From Chrysomallon squamiferum (lineage: Eukaryota; Animalia; Mollusca), in NCBI GenBank assembly GCA_012295275.1, contig CM022678.1:6200001-6264000 (forward strand): a stretch of DNA of 64,000 nucleotides, written 5' to 3'. Positions 1 to 11,746 of this stretch are shown in pieces (position 1 is the first letter of the stretch; every line of letters starts with the position of its first letter). The notes under the pieces are model-generated. The model was given only the letters and a program-made list of their open reading frames with translations. It made no database searches and was not told the origin of the DNA. The translations under genes were made by a program, and so were the position numbers.

Positions 1-705
1 TTTTTTTGTTTTTGTTTTAATTATTATTATTTTTTTATTATTATTATTTTTTCTCCTTCTTCTTCTTCTTCTTCGTCTTCTTCTTCTTTTTAAATAATTT
101 TCAACGTTCGCGCCGTCTACATTCATTTTTGTACTGGTCAAGAACTTGGTGAATTCACGAGCATGCATTCATTGTGAATATACAGTGTTTATAGTCCACC
201 TATTCCCACACTACCATAATGGGGCTGGCTATTAGTAGTCCCAGTTTTTTTTGAATAATCAGCGATTTAAAACTTATAACTGGTAAAAATAATTGTTGTA
301 GAAGTCATGTAGTTGTAGTTACAGTAGCAGCAGTAGTGGTGGTGGCAGTAGGAATAGCATTATATTAGAGGAGTGTAATCGTAGTAGTAGTAGTAGTAGT
401 TCAAACAGTACAAAACTACAGTGGTAGCAGCATTATTAGCTATAGTCTTATGGTGAGGTAGTGGTGGTGGTGGTGGTAGTAGTAGTAGTAGTGGAAGTAC
501 TACAGTAGTAGTAGTATATGCAGTCGCAATAATCTCACTAAATATGACTTGTTTTAACACCTTTAATATTAACATTAGAGGTACTTGTGATATTTATGTG
601 AATGGAAGCATAAACCAACAGACATACTAATAATTATAATGATGTCAAAACAAACACACACACACACAGACAAACAGACTAAACTCAGTATCATACTCAT
701 CTTAC

Positions 706-770
706 CCAGACAACGTGCTATAATCCACTGAATTCCCAATCCAACTGCTCTCTGTGTATCTGGAAGACAT
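706..770 (-). CDS. SLCO4A1-like: SLCO/OATP coding exon 10 (TM11); gene continues beyond the window
   Basis: (R)CLPDTQRAVGLGIQWIIARCL(G). AAACAG acceptor, G|GTAAGA donor, 65 nt, phase 2 to 1. The expected next exon (G-x-IP-x-P...FG) is not visible in 1-705. Confidence 0.95.
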
Positions 771-1228
771 CTGTTTGTTTGAAAGAAAAAACAAAAATAT
801 ATATATATATATAATATTATAATTGTAAACATGTGTTATTTTATATGCAATAGGTATCAGTGGCATGAGAGTGTAAATAACAAACAACACAGATTATTCA
901 GTTTTTTTAAATGACTGACTTATCTATCTGTTTTCTGATAAAAACACATCTTGCATTTTTTTTTTTTTTTAAAGCGTGGATCTCAAAAATGATTAAGACA
1001 CGATAACATCCCCATACAAAAAGGGGAATACAAAGGAGTGATTTATAAAAAAAAAAAAAATTATTTTGTTTTATTTTATTTTATTTTATTTTTTTTATAA
1101 AAACATATAACTCCCCACAAAAAAAAAAAAAATCACAATCTGCAAGCAAATCATGATGAGTAAGAGATACTTCTAAACAAATGCTAGGCAGAACTCAGCG
1201 AAAAAAAACAACAACAAAAAACCCCCCC

Positions 1229-2299
1229 AAAAGTCACTATAGATGTAAAAGTGACTGATGTAAAAGTCACTATAGATGTAAAAGTGACTGATGTAAAAGT
1301 CACTATAGATGTAAAAGTCACTATAGATGTAAAAGTCACTATAGATGTAAAAGTGTCTGATGTAAAAGTCACTATAGATGTAAAAGTGTCTGATGTAAAA
1401 GTCACTATAGATGTAAAAGTGTCTGATGTAAAAGTCACTTTAGATGTAAAAGTGTCTGATGTAAAAGTCACTATAGATGTAAAAGTGACTAATGTAAAAG
1501 TCACTTTAGATGTAAAAGTGTCTGATGTAAAAGTCACTATAGATGTAAAAGTGTCTGATGTAAAAGTCACTTTAGATGTAAAAGTGACTGATGTAAAAGT
1601 CACTATAGATGTAAAAGTGACTAATGTAAAAGTCACTATAGATGTAAAAGTCACTATAGATGTAAAAGTGTCTGATGTAAAAGTCACTTTAGATGTAAAA
1701 GTGTCTGATGTAAAAGTCACTATAGATGTAAAAGTGTCTGATGTAAAAGTCACTTTAGATGTAAAAGTGACTGATGTAAAAGTCACTATAGATGTAAAAG
1801 TGACTAATGTAAAAGTCACTATAGATGTAAAAGTGTCTAATGTAAAAGTCACTATAGATGTAAAAGTGTCTGATGTAAAAGTCACTTTAGATGTAAAAGT
1901 GTCTGATGTAAAAGTCACTATAGATGTAAAAGTGTCTGATGTAAAAGTCACTATAGATGTAAAAGTGTCTGATGTAAAAGTCACTATAGATGTAAAAGTG
2001 TCTGATGTAAAAGTCACTTTAGATGTAAAAGTGTCTGATGTAAAAGTCACTATAGATGTAAAAGTGTCTGATGTAAAAGTCACTATAGATGTAAAAGTGT
2101 CTGATGTAAAAGTCACTTTAGATGTAAAAGTGACTAATGTAAAAGTCACTATAGATGTAAAAGTGTCTAATGTAAAAGTCACTATAGATGTAAAAGTGTC
2201 TGATGTAAAAGTCACTATAGATGTAAAAGTGTCTGATGTAAAAGTCACTTTAGATGTAAAAGTGTCTGATGTAAAAGTCACTTTAGATGTAAAAGTGTC
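1229..2299. repeat. 33-bp minisatellite (18+15-bp subunits), about 32 units, intronic
   Basis: GATGTAAAAGTCACT(A/T)TA alternating with (G/A)ATGTAAAAGTG(T/A)CT. Confidence 0.97.
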
Positions 2300-2318
2300 A
2301 TAGAATGGCTGACTTCAC

Positions 2319-2494
2319 CTCAGCGTCGCTGACAGCGCAGGCATGCTGGACAGGAATGTGAACAAGATGGTGAGGATGAAGAACGGCATGAACACCGGCA
2401 GCAGGTTGCAGGAACTCTCGCACTTGCCGAACTTCGCGGAGAACGGTTCTTCCTCCGTCTCAACGAAACTGATGCAGCTGCAGTTGGAGTATTT
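2319..2494 (-). CDS. SLCO4A1-like: SLCO/OATP coding exon 9 (end of extracellular loop 5, TM10)
   Basis: KYSNCSCISF...AKFGKCESSCNLLPVFMPFFILTILFTFLSSMPALSATL(R). TTACAG acceptor, AG|GTGAAG donor, 176 nt, phase 0 to 2. Confidence 0.95.
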
Positions 2495-2750
2495 CTGTAA
2501 AAAGGGAAACAAAAAAAACTGTGAAGTCTTAACACATGCAGACAGACAGACAGACACACAGACAGACAGAGAGACAGAGACATACAGAGGGATATAAACA
2601 CAGAGACAGAGACAGATTCATAGACACAGAGAGGGATGTAGATGTAGAGACAGAGACAGACAGATTTATAGAGTGGGACACAGAGACAGAAATGGACAAG
2701 GAGGGGGTTATAGAAATGAAAAGAGAGAAAGAAAGAAGACAAAGTGGGGG

Positions 2751-2816
<66 letters not shown>

Positions 2817-2985
2817 AATTCAGATATGTAAATAAGTCTGAGAAAAGGGTTAGGACAGAAACAACAGGCTGTAACTAGATGGAAGAATGAAAAAGCAAAG
2901 AAACAGAGAGAAAGAGACTGGAGATAGGAGTGTGTGACTGAAAAGGGTACATGGACAGTTGTATTGAAGTCTAGCAATACTTCAG

Positions 2986-3025
<40 letters not shown>

Positions 3026-3469
3026 CACACACACACACACACCATACAATCACATAAAAACAACAGTGTTTATACCACAAATTTTATTTTTTCATCAAAT
3101 ATTGATCGTTTAAACATTTATAGGAAAATAGCTTTTAACTCAAAGAAAATAAGAAGAAGAAGAAGCAAACAAACTGAAAGAAAGAAAACAGACGAAAGAA
3201 CGAACAAAAAGAATACAGAAAAAGAAGGAAAAAAATATTTAAAAAAGAAAAAAGAAAAGAAAGAGATGAAAAAAATGAAACGAAAAAAAAAACAAACCCC
3301 CCACCCCCCAATAATTCAAAGTGGGGTCAGCTGTTATGTATCAGACAATGGTGTTTATGCTAAAAAATAAAAAATAAAAAAAAATAAAAAAATAAAAAAT
3401 AAGAAGAGTAATGAAAAAAAAAATACAACAACAACAAAAGCATAAAAAACATTTTTTTTTTTTTTTTAC

Positions 3470-3623
3470 CTTTTTTTCCAGGTTACCTTCGCTGCATCCT
3501 GCGTAACACGGTGAGAAATACTGAATGCCATCTTTCCCACACACCGGCAGGTACTCATTCTCACTGCACTTGCACCAAGAGTTGCATGTGTCATCCAACT
3601 TACCTCCGACAAACGCCTTTTCG
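3470..3623 (-). CDS. SLCO4A1-like: SLCO/OATP coding exon 8 (Kazal-like extracellular domain)
   Basis: (S)EKAFVGGKLDDTCNSWCKCSENEYLPVCGKDGIQYFSPCYAGCSEGNLEKK, the OATP Kazal pattern CNxxCxC...PVCG.DG..YFSPC.AGC. TTGCAG acceptor, AAG|GTAAAA donor, 154 nt, phase 2 to 0. Confidence 0.97.
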
Positions 3624-3630
3624 CTGCAAT

Positions 3631-4010
3631 ACACACACACACACAGAATATAAACAGCAGACAGGTTAACACACGCACACAGGTGTATATGTAATCCATA
3701 AAAAAAAAAAAACATGTTACATTAGATGCATGTTTATAATATATTGTTAAAATTAATAATATGTGCACGTGCATGTAGACACGTTTTAATCAAATTAACA
3801 CACACACACACACACACACACACAGAGAATATAAACAGCAGACAGGTTAACACACGCACACAGGTGTATATGTACTCCAAAGAATGCATGTTACATTAGA
3901 TGCATGTTTATAATATATGTTAAAATTAATAATATGTGCATGTAATTTACTCATAAAAATGCAAACATTATCGACACGTTTTAATCAAATTAATACACAC
4001 ACACACACAC
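3631..4010. repeat. About 180-bp tandem duplication bounded by (CA)n
   Basis: AGAATATAAACAGCAGACAGGTTAACACACGCACACAGGTGTATATGTA...ACACGTTTTAATCAAATTAA occurs twice. Confidence 0.9.
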
Positions 4011-4079
4011 ACTGATTCAAAAACAGAAATTACTTACAGGCACCTTTATAATACAAAAATTATTGGATAAACAAGGAAA

Positions 4080-4565
4080 AAAAAGGAGATAACCATTGCA
4101 AAAATATCTATATAGGAAACAAAACTGATGGAATGAAAAAGGGAGATCACTGCATTACTATCGTATTTTTGAACAAAATGAGCATATTACTATTTTGTTT
4201 TAGATAAATAATTAAAAAGGAAGATAACCATTGTGAAGATAGGTATATAGAAAAATTGATGGGTGAAAAGGGAGACAACTGTATTGCTACTGGATTTGTC
4301 ACAACGAAAAAAATGCACACAGAAATTATTAGATTAACAAAACAAAAAAACCCAGGAAGATAACTACTGAAAAAATATCTACATTGGAAAACTGATGGAA
4401 TGAAAAGGAAGATAACTGTATTAGTTTTGGAGTTTTCAAAAATAAACACACATAAAAATTAACAGATAAAAAAAAAAAAAACAAAAACAGGAAGATAACT
4501 ATAGCAAAGACAGAATATTATATTTACAGAAGAAATGCAGGAATGATAATGGATACAACTATTAC
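4080..4565. repeat. Degenerate tandem repeat
   Basis: Recurring GGA(A)GATAAC(C/T)ATTG / AAAATATCTA / CTGATGGAATGAAAA blocks. Confidence 0.7.
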
Positions 4566-4692
4566 TGCTGGATTTTGTTTTTTCAACAAAATACATACAA
4601 TAGAAACAGAGGTACAGACAAACAGATACAACGAGAGATGGAGTGATTAAAAACAGAAGAAAAAAAACCAAACAAACAAAACAAATGAATAC

Positions 4693-4900
4693 CTTTTATC
4701 ATCAGCTTCACCATACTTGACATTTACTCCAGCGAACGGCACATTTTTACAGTTGACGAAGAAAACAAAAATGGAGAGGAAAGCAATCGCACAGGACACC
4801 ATGCACAAGCGAAGTATTCCGTTCATTTTTAAGTTGAATCTCTTCACCAGGTACCCCCCGAGAAATGTACCCCCTCCTCCTGCTGGTATAGCTGCAAAAC
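4693..4900 (-). CDS. SLCO4A1-like: SLCO/OATP coding exon 7 (TM8-TM9)
   Basis: (G)[23 protein letters not shown]...[29 protein letters not shown] acceptor, AG|GTATTC donor, 208 nt, phase 1 to 2. Confidence 0.96.
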
Positions 4901-5091
4901 CTGAGGAAAAAAATAAAAAAAAATAAAAATAAAATAGTAATAATAATAATAATAAAAAAAATAAAAAAAATAAAAATATATATATATATATATATTTACA
5001 TATATATATATATATATATATACATATATACATATATATATATATATACATACATACATATATATATATATATACATACATACATACATAT

Positions 5092-5168
<77 letters not shown>

Positions 5169-5306
5169 CATACATATATATATATGTAATAAATTTGAAC
5201 AAATTTAAATGATTTTAAAAACCCATCTGTTTTTGTGGGGTTTTTTTATACAAAATATATATATAAAATGGAAAACGAAAATAAAAGTATGAGAGATAAA
5301 TAAAAT

Positions 5307-5343
<37 letters not shown>

Positions 5344-5388
5344 AAAATAAAAATAAAAAATAAATAAAAAAATAATAAATTTTTAATT

Positions 5389-5419
<31 letters not shown>

Positions 5420-5802
5420 GAATAATATATATATATAAATAAATAAATAATAAATAATACTTTTGTTTTTGTTATATGTGCTTTACTTTTGGGAAAAACT
5501 GGAAATTCTTTACAAAAGCACGAAGAAAGGAGTGCTAGGGGTTACTGATAAAACAGTTCAAGAAATCGGCCAAGAAGCAATAATCAGGCAATCCATTATT
5601 TCTATTACACACTTAACCATGAAGAAGATTATGAAAAGAAAGGAAGAAGAGAGAGAAATTGTTCAAAAAAAAAAAAAAAATGAAAAAAAAGAATGAATTA
5701 GAAGTTAAAGATGATGAACATGAAAAAAAAAAAAAAAAAAAAAAAGAAATGATAAAGATGATGATGGTGGTTATTATGATGATGATTATGATGATAACTT
5801 AC

Positions 5803-5892
5803 CTATATATTGTGCTGCACTTGATGATGGTAAACTGAACTGAGCTTCTATAAACTTGGGACCAAAAGTAGAAAAACCACTTAACAGAATAC
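5803..5892 (-). CDS. SLCO4A1-like: SLCO/OATP coding exon 6
   Basis: (G)ILLSGFSTFGPKFIEAQFSLPSSSAAQYI, containing the conserved F-x-PK-[FY]-x-E-x-QF motif. TTCAG acceptor, G|GTAAGT donor, 90 nt, phase 1 to 1. Confidence 0.95.
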
Positions 5893-5914
5893 CTGAATAA
5901 ATAAATAAATAAAT

Positions 5915-6517
5915 TTAAACTGTTTTTATTGTTTACGTCACTGTTAAACTGTATTTTTATTGTTTTACAACACTTTTAAACTGTATTTCTATTGTTTACG
6001 ACAGTGTTAAACTGTATTTTTATTGTTTATGAAACTGTTAAACTGTATTTTTATTGTTTATGAAACTGTTAAACTGTATTTTTATTGTTTACAACACTGT
6101 TAAACTGTATTTTTATTGTTTACGACAGTGTTAAACTGTATTTTTATTGTTTAAAACAGTGTTACACTGTATTTTTATTTTTATTGTTTACATTACTGTT
6201 ACACTGTATTTTTATTGTTTACATCACTTTTAAACTATTTTTATTGTTTACATCACTTTTAAACTGTATTTTTGTTGTTTACATCACTTTTAAACTGTAT
6301 TTTTATTGTTTACATTACTGTTAAAGTGTATTTTTATTGTAAACAAAAATACAGTTTAACAGTGTTGTAAACAATAGAAATACAGTTACGACATTGTTAA
6401 ACTGTATTTTTGTTGCTTTACAACACTTTTAAACTATATTTTTATTGTTTACGACACTTTTAAACTGTATTTTCGTTGTTTTACGACACTTTTAAGCTGT
6501 ATTTTTTATTGTTTTAC
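5915..6517. repeat. 31-bp minisatellite, about 19 units, filling an intron, with an internal inverted block
   Basis: ACTGTTAAACTGTATTTTTATTGTTTAC(G/A)(A/T)C; reverse-oriented units at about 6340-6387. Confidence 0.95.
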
Positions 6518-6691
6518 CTTCAGTTGCAGCAGCAAAATTGAGAAACATGAAAGTTGGATTCTGTAACAGGAGTTTCACAGACAGCAGCAAGTCTTTTATT
6601 CCTTTCTTCTTGCCCAGTTTCTGAGCTGCATTTTCATTCCCTTTCCTAACGTAAACCTCTTTGTTCCGCTCTGCATGGTACTTGCTGGATC
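6518..6691 (-). CDS. SLCO4A1-like: SLCO/OATP coding exon 5 (central loop and TM7)
   Basis: (G)SSKYHAERNKEVY...IKDLLLSVKLLLQNPTFMFLNFAAATE. TTTCAG acceptor, G|GTAAAA donor, 174 nt, phase 1 to 1. Confidence 0.95.
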
Positions 6692-6888
6692 CTGAAACAA
6701 AACAGATTTATTCTGAAGAAGTGGGTTAATCTGTTCTATCGTGGTCACAATGCAAAAACAAACTTTCACACCGATGTAGTGGTATTTACGTCGGTCAACA
6801 TTTGGTGGAGGTAATACTAATAATAACAAAAATAATGAAATTAATAGTGGTAGTAGTAGTATTAACAACAACAGTGATGATGATGATG

Positions 6889-6936
<48 letters not shown>

Positions 6937-7408
6937 GAGCATAAAATAATGACAAAAAAAACAACAATAATTTAAGTTCAGGAAACATTATCAAGCTAAG
7001 ACACATTAAAAATTATAAACTCATTTTAGGCACACAGAATTCAAGTTAGCATTGGCCTGAAATGGAGAAATATACTCATAAGAATGAGTAAACAGATTTC
7101 TTTCTTATTTATTTATATATTTATTTATTTTGCATGTTGTTGTTGTTGTTGTTGTTGTTTTCATTCTATCTTTCTTTCTTTATTTAACAGATATTTATTC
7201 ACCTCTGAAATATTTTTTATTTACTAAAGGTTTTCATTTTTTTTATATCATCATCATCATCATCATCATCGTCGTCGTCATCGTCGTCACTGAACATTTA
7301 CTTTTATTTATTTATTTATTTATTTATTTATTCAAAAACGTAAAAAAAAAAACGTTATCGTGTTATAGATTCAGTTCTTTACTAAATACAAAAGTTCGGT
7401 CCACAAAC

Positions 7409-7530
7409 CAGGAAGAGATCTGGGAAAGCCCGATATCGGTACGGAGATGACAAAAGCAATGAAACCCGTAATAAGGAAGCCAATCCACCACGCACCGACC
7501 CATCGCGGGTTCGTTGGTCCGTACGTCAGT
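7409..7530 (-). CDS. SLCO4A1-like: SLCO/OATP coding exon 4 (OATP superfamily signature, TM6)
   Basis: (K)LTYGPTNPRWVGAWWIGFLITGFIAFVISVPISGFPRSLP matches the OATP signature D-x-RW-[IV]-GAWW-x-G-[FL]-L with N for D. TTCCAG acceptor, G|GTTTGT donor, 122 nt, phase 2 to 1. Confidence 0.97.
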
Positions 7531-8345
7531 CTGGAAAATAAAACAAATTCTCACCACATTCTATCCCAACAAAAAAACAAAAAAAAAAAAAAAAAAACTG
7601 TCAAAAAAAAAAAAAAAAAAACCTGTCAGAAATAGAAAGAAAAACATATGTTTTACGAATAATAAGTCCTTGTTATCTGTTAACAAAACGTTATAAAAAC
7701 AGTAACGATATTTGTGTAACAGTTTAGTTTTTGTTTTGACACAATAAAATGGAGAACCCTGAAGAAATGGGGTTTAGCTTTTGTTGCATTACAATAAAAT
7801 GGAGCTTCTGAAGAAATGTTTTTTTTTTTTTTTTGTTTTCTTCTCGTGTTTAATGAATGTCAAACATTTATTTAACGACTTTAGTAATAAATAATTAATT
7901 TTCTTTCATCAGCTGTTGTGTGTCAGTCAGCCATTTCTTTAATGGATGTATAATAATTATATTTATTTTATTTTTATTTTATCTACTTATTTTTATTTCA
8001 ACTCCAGTCGTAGTAACTAACAAAGAATAACAACAGAGGAATACAATCGAATACCATCTAAGCCACATAACCTGCTATCTTGATGTCATCATATCATCAT
8101 TATTACGTACAGGATAGAATGATTTTACTGTTAAAAACTATTCCACAATTCTTAGTAAAAAAACAAAAAAATACTGCTACTACACTGACACCATCACCGC
8201 AACAAATAAAAGGACAACACTGAAAATATTTGTGCAAGACTGTTATTTTATATAGCCATGTGTTTTTAAGAACAATTATAAAGGTCACAATAATAAAGAA
8301 CTGTTCTTCAACCAAAGACAGATATTGATTATTTTGTTGACTTAC

Positions 8346-8448
8346 TTTGTCGTGTCAATAACACCAATGTCCGTGTGCATTTTCAGAAACTCTCCACCAG
8401 CGACATAACCAATGGCTGGACCAACGATAGCCAGAGCATAAAATATAC
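8346..8448 (-). CDS. SLCO4A1-like: SLCO/OATP coding exon 3 (TM5)
   Basis: (G)IFYALAIVGPAIGYVAGGEFLKMHTDIGVIDTT. TACAG acceptor, AA|GTAAGT donor, 103 nt, phase 1 to 2. Missed by the ORF track. Confidence 0.95.
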
Positions 8449-8700
8449 CTGTAATTATAAAATACACCTGTAATTAAAAAAATGTACCTGTAATTAAAAA
8501 AATATACCTGTAATTATAAAATATACCTGTAATTAAAAAATGTACCTGTAATTATAAAATTTACCTGTAATTAAAAAAATGTACCTGTAATTATAAAGTG
8601 TACCTGTAATTATAAAATGTACCTGTAATTATAAAATATACCTGTAATTATAATATTCACCTGTACTTATAAAGTATACCCATAATTATAAAATATACCT
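8441..8700. repeat. 19-20-bp minisatellite containing the exon 3 acceptor
   Basis: 12 copies of ACCTGTA in units such as AAATATACCTGTAATTATA. Confidence 0.95.
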
Positions 8701-9286
8701 CTGACCACAAAATATAACCAATTACGAAATGTATCTTTAATCATAAAATACTCCTGTAGTTACAAAATTATTCTCAGATCTCAGAGTATATAAAAATTAT
8801 AGAAAACTCTGTATTTATGGTTACAAAATCTTTAACGATAGCAATAACAGTAATAATAACAACAATAACAATAACAACAGAAAAATAACAATAACAATAA
8901 TAATAATAAAACACTAACATCAATAACAGTAATAATAATCATAACAATATCAATAATAATAATTAAAATAATAATAATAACAATAATAACAATAACAATA
9001 ATAATAATAACAACAATAATAATAATAACAATAACAATAATAATAATAAAGAACAATAAGAACAACAACAGCAATAACAACAACAACAACAGCACTAACA
9101 ACAACAGCACTAACACTAACAACAACAACACTAACACTAACAACAACACTAACAACAACAACACTAACAACAACAAACAACAACAACAACAAACAACAAC
9201 AACAACACAAACAACACCACTAATAAGACCAACACCACTACCACTAACACTAACAACTAACAACAAACAACAACAACAACACTGAC

Positions 9287-9740
9287 CGACGTAGAACGTC
9301 GAGGTGTGCGGCGGCAGGTTCTCGTCGAGGTAGTTCACGCCGAGGGTGTAGAGCGGCGATGCCCCCGCCCCGTGGAGCAGCTGCCCCAGGAAGAAGACGT
9401 ACTTGTACTGGGACAGGCTGTCCGACTGGCGACTGTCACACAGGCTCGTCTGGTTCTGCCCTGGGGCGCACAGCTCGCTCGTCGTCAAGGAAACGGAGTA
9501 GGGCCCGGTCGTGAAGTGCGGGAGGGAGAACACCAGCGAGCCCACGCCGAGGATGAAGATGCCAACGCCGACGTAGCGCGGCTTCATGCCGAGGCCGCCG
9601 AAGTAGGTGACGGGGATCATGCAGAGGACGGAGGCGATGTCGTAGGAGCTGGCGATGATGCCCGACTCAGTGCTGCTGATCTCGAAGCGTTTCTCGATGT
9701 TGGAGATGACGACGTTGACGAAGCCGTTGACGACGATGCC
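9287..9740 (-). CDS. SLCO4A1-like: SLCO/OATP coding exon 2 (TM1-TM4)
   Basis: GIVVNGFVNVVISNIEKRFEISSTESGIIASSYDIAS...HGAGASPLYTLGVNYLDENLP...FYV, classic OATP motifs. TTACAG acceptor, G|GTCAGT donor, 454 nt, phase 0 to 1. Confidence 0.97.
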
Positions 9741-9881
9741 CTGTAATAAATAAATAAAATAAATAAAATAAAATAAATTAAAATAACAATAATAATAACA
9801 ATAATAAACAATACAGAAATATACTAATGAAATGAAGATAATGTTATGGTAATATTTATGAACACTACTTTGATCATGTAT

Positions 9882-9918
<37 letters not shown>

Positions 9919-9945
9919 GAGAGACAGACACACATACACAGACAG

Positions 9946-9978
<33 letters not shown>

Positions 9979-10092
9979 GACAGACACACACACACACACA
10001 CACACACACATTTTTTATTAATTTGTGTAGTTGTGATGTTGTTATGAATGTGGCTCCAAAGTTTGTTTTAGTGTAAAATAAAAATGGAAAAA

Positions 10093-10127
<35 letters not shown>

Positions 10128-10193
10128 AATTATAATATTAAAAGTAGTACAACTAATAGTAGTAGTAGCAATAGTAATAAATAATAATAATAA

Positions 10194-10224
<31 letters not shown>

Positions 10225-10519
10225 AAGAAGAAGAAGAGAAGAAGAGAAGAATAATGGCTGTTTCTAATTCTGACAATAAAAATATATTTTTCACTTCCAG
10301 ATTAACAGAGAAACAGTAACAGTATAAGTGTTGTTTATCTAAACCTGTTTCTAAGATGGAAGCGAAAAAACAGAATCAAATGATGGCTAAAGCAGATGAA
10401 TTTGTTTTCAAACTGGAACATTCTTGGAACACAAAAAAAAAAAAAAACCCACACACTTGTGACTAAAACAAAAATATATATAACTATAATCACTTATGTA
10501 CATTACTGGAATAAGGTTT

Positions 10520-10610
10520 ACGAGGTAACTGAAAGCTTAGTGTGCCAGAGATAACTGGTTCAAATCCTAGTGATGGCTTTCAGATCACTGAGGCCTGCAT
10601 AGTGTGAAAA
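10520..10610 (+). mobile_element. Possible decayed tRNA-derived SINE head
   Basis: Perfect Pol III B-box GGTTCAAATCC at 10557-10567 and a downstream (AAAT)n tract. A-box and cloverleaf are not convincing. Confidence 0.3.
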
Positions 10611-11714
10611 AGGAACAAGTAAATAAATAAATAAATAAATAAGTAAGTAAATAAATAAATAAAGAAAGAAATAAAATAAAGAATTAGGAAATTAAATAAA
10701 GAAATAAAGAAATAAATTGATAAAGAAATAAAAAACAGAAAAAATAAAATAAACAAAAACAAAATAATTATGGTTAATGAACAACAACAAAAAAAATAAA
10801 ATAAAATAAAATAAAAATAAAATAAAATAAAATAAAATAATCTATGAAATAAACTCAATATTATAAACCTTCAGGTGAATACAGGAAATACCATATAGCC
10901 TAACGTAATATTTTTATTACACAGTCATACATATTTTCTGATTGATATGTCAAGAAAAAAAAAATAAAATAAAATAAATAATAATAAAAATAAATGTTAT
11001 CCACTTTTGTATGAAATAAAATAAAATCAGACAAACTTTCTAAGAATTAAATTCAATATCGTACGACCTTCCTGTGGTGTATTAACGATAACACATACAG
11101 CTTAATGTGACAGTTTATCACACAGAGCAAAAATACGACTTCTGAATAGTGTAGTAGGCCATAAAGAAGCTGATTTTTTTTTTCTTCTATAAAACTGTGA
11201 TCATGAAAAGGATCGTTTCTCTTTCATATTCTGATAAAAAAAAAAAAATTGAATGAGGATTTTTAAAACGAAAGGTTATTGACACCAGTATCACAAGTGA
11301 GGCATACAACCACGATTCAGTTTATTTCACTCTGTAAGATCATTGCTGAGGTCCTTGAGAACATTCCTGATGTTTTTAGAAACTGTGACTTCGAATTTGT
11401 TAGTCTGAGGTAGGAATGAACGAATCGCTGTTGATGAAATCCAACTTTTAAATAACATTCAGCTGTATGGGAATAATCCTGTTGTAATGATAGTAATAAT
11501 AATAAGAAGAAAAATCTCCGAGTTGGAGTTTCAGTGTCATTCCCGTATACTGAATCAAGGGTTTTAAATCAAAAACTGACCTTTGACTTACCACTGAAAA
11601 ATGATAGTCAGTCACTTTTTTTTTCAATATTTCACTTTTGACAGAAATGGCTAGATATACAATAATCAGTTGACTCAAAAAAAAAAAAAAAAAAAAAAAG
11701 ATATTTTTAAAAAT

Positions 11715-11746
<32 letters not shown>

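Noticed and set aside
1184-2303. 350- and 365-aa ORFs as genes
   Set aside because: Translations of a 33-bp intronic minisatellite with no unique flanking coding sequence.
7470-7511. N in place of D at the start of the OATP signature
   Set aside because: This position varies among OATP4-type proteins and the RWVGAWW core is intact.
9306-9746. 146-aa plus-strand ORF antisense to exon 2
   Set aside because: Shadow of very high GC3 on the coding strand; boundaries coincide with the exon and there is no ATG start.
9741-9825. Alternative acceptor TTAG at 9825-9824 that would restore frame with exon 1
   Set aside because: It would insert about 28 low-complexity Y/F/C residues into TM1, which is implausible for an OATP.
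8832-10007. 391-aa ORF as a single-exon gene
   Set aside because: Only 9287-9740 is OATP-like; the flanks are translated (TG)n, (TTG)n and (TTA)n intron repeats.
10520-10600. tRNA gene
   Set aside because: Only a B-box; no cloverleaf, acceptor stem or clear A-box.
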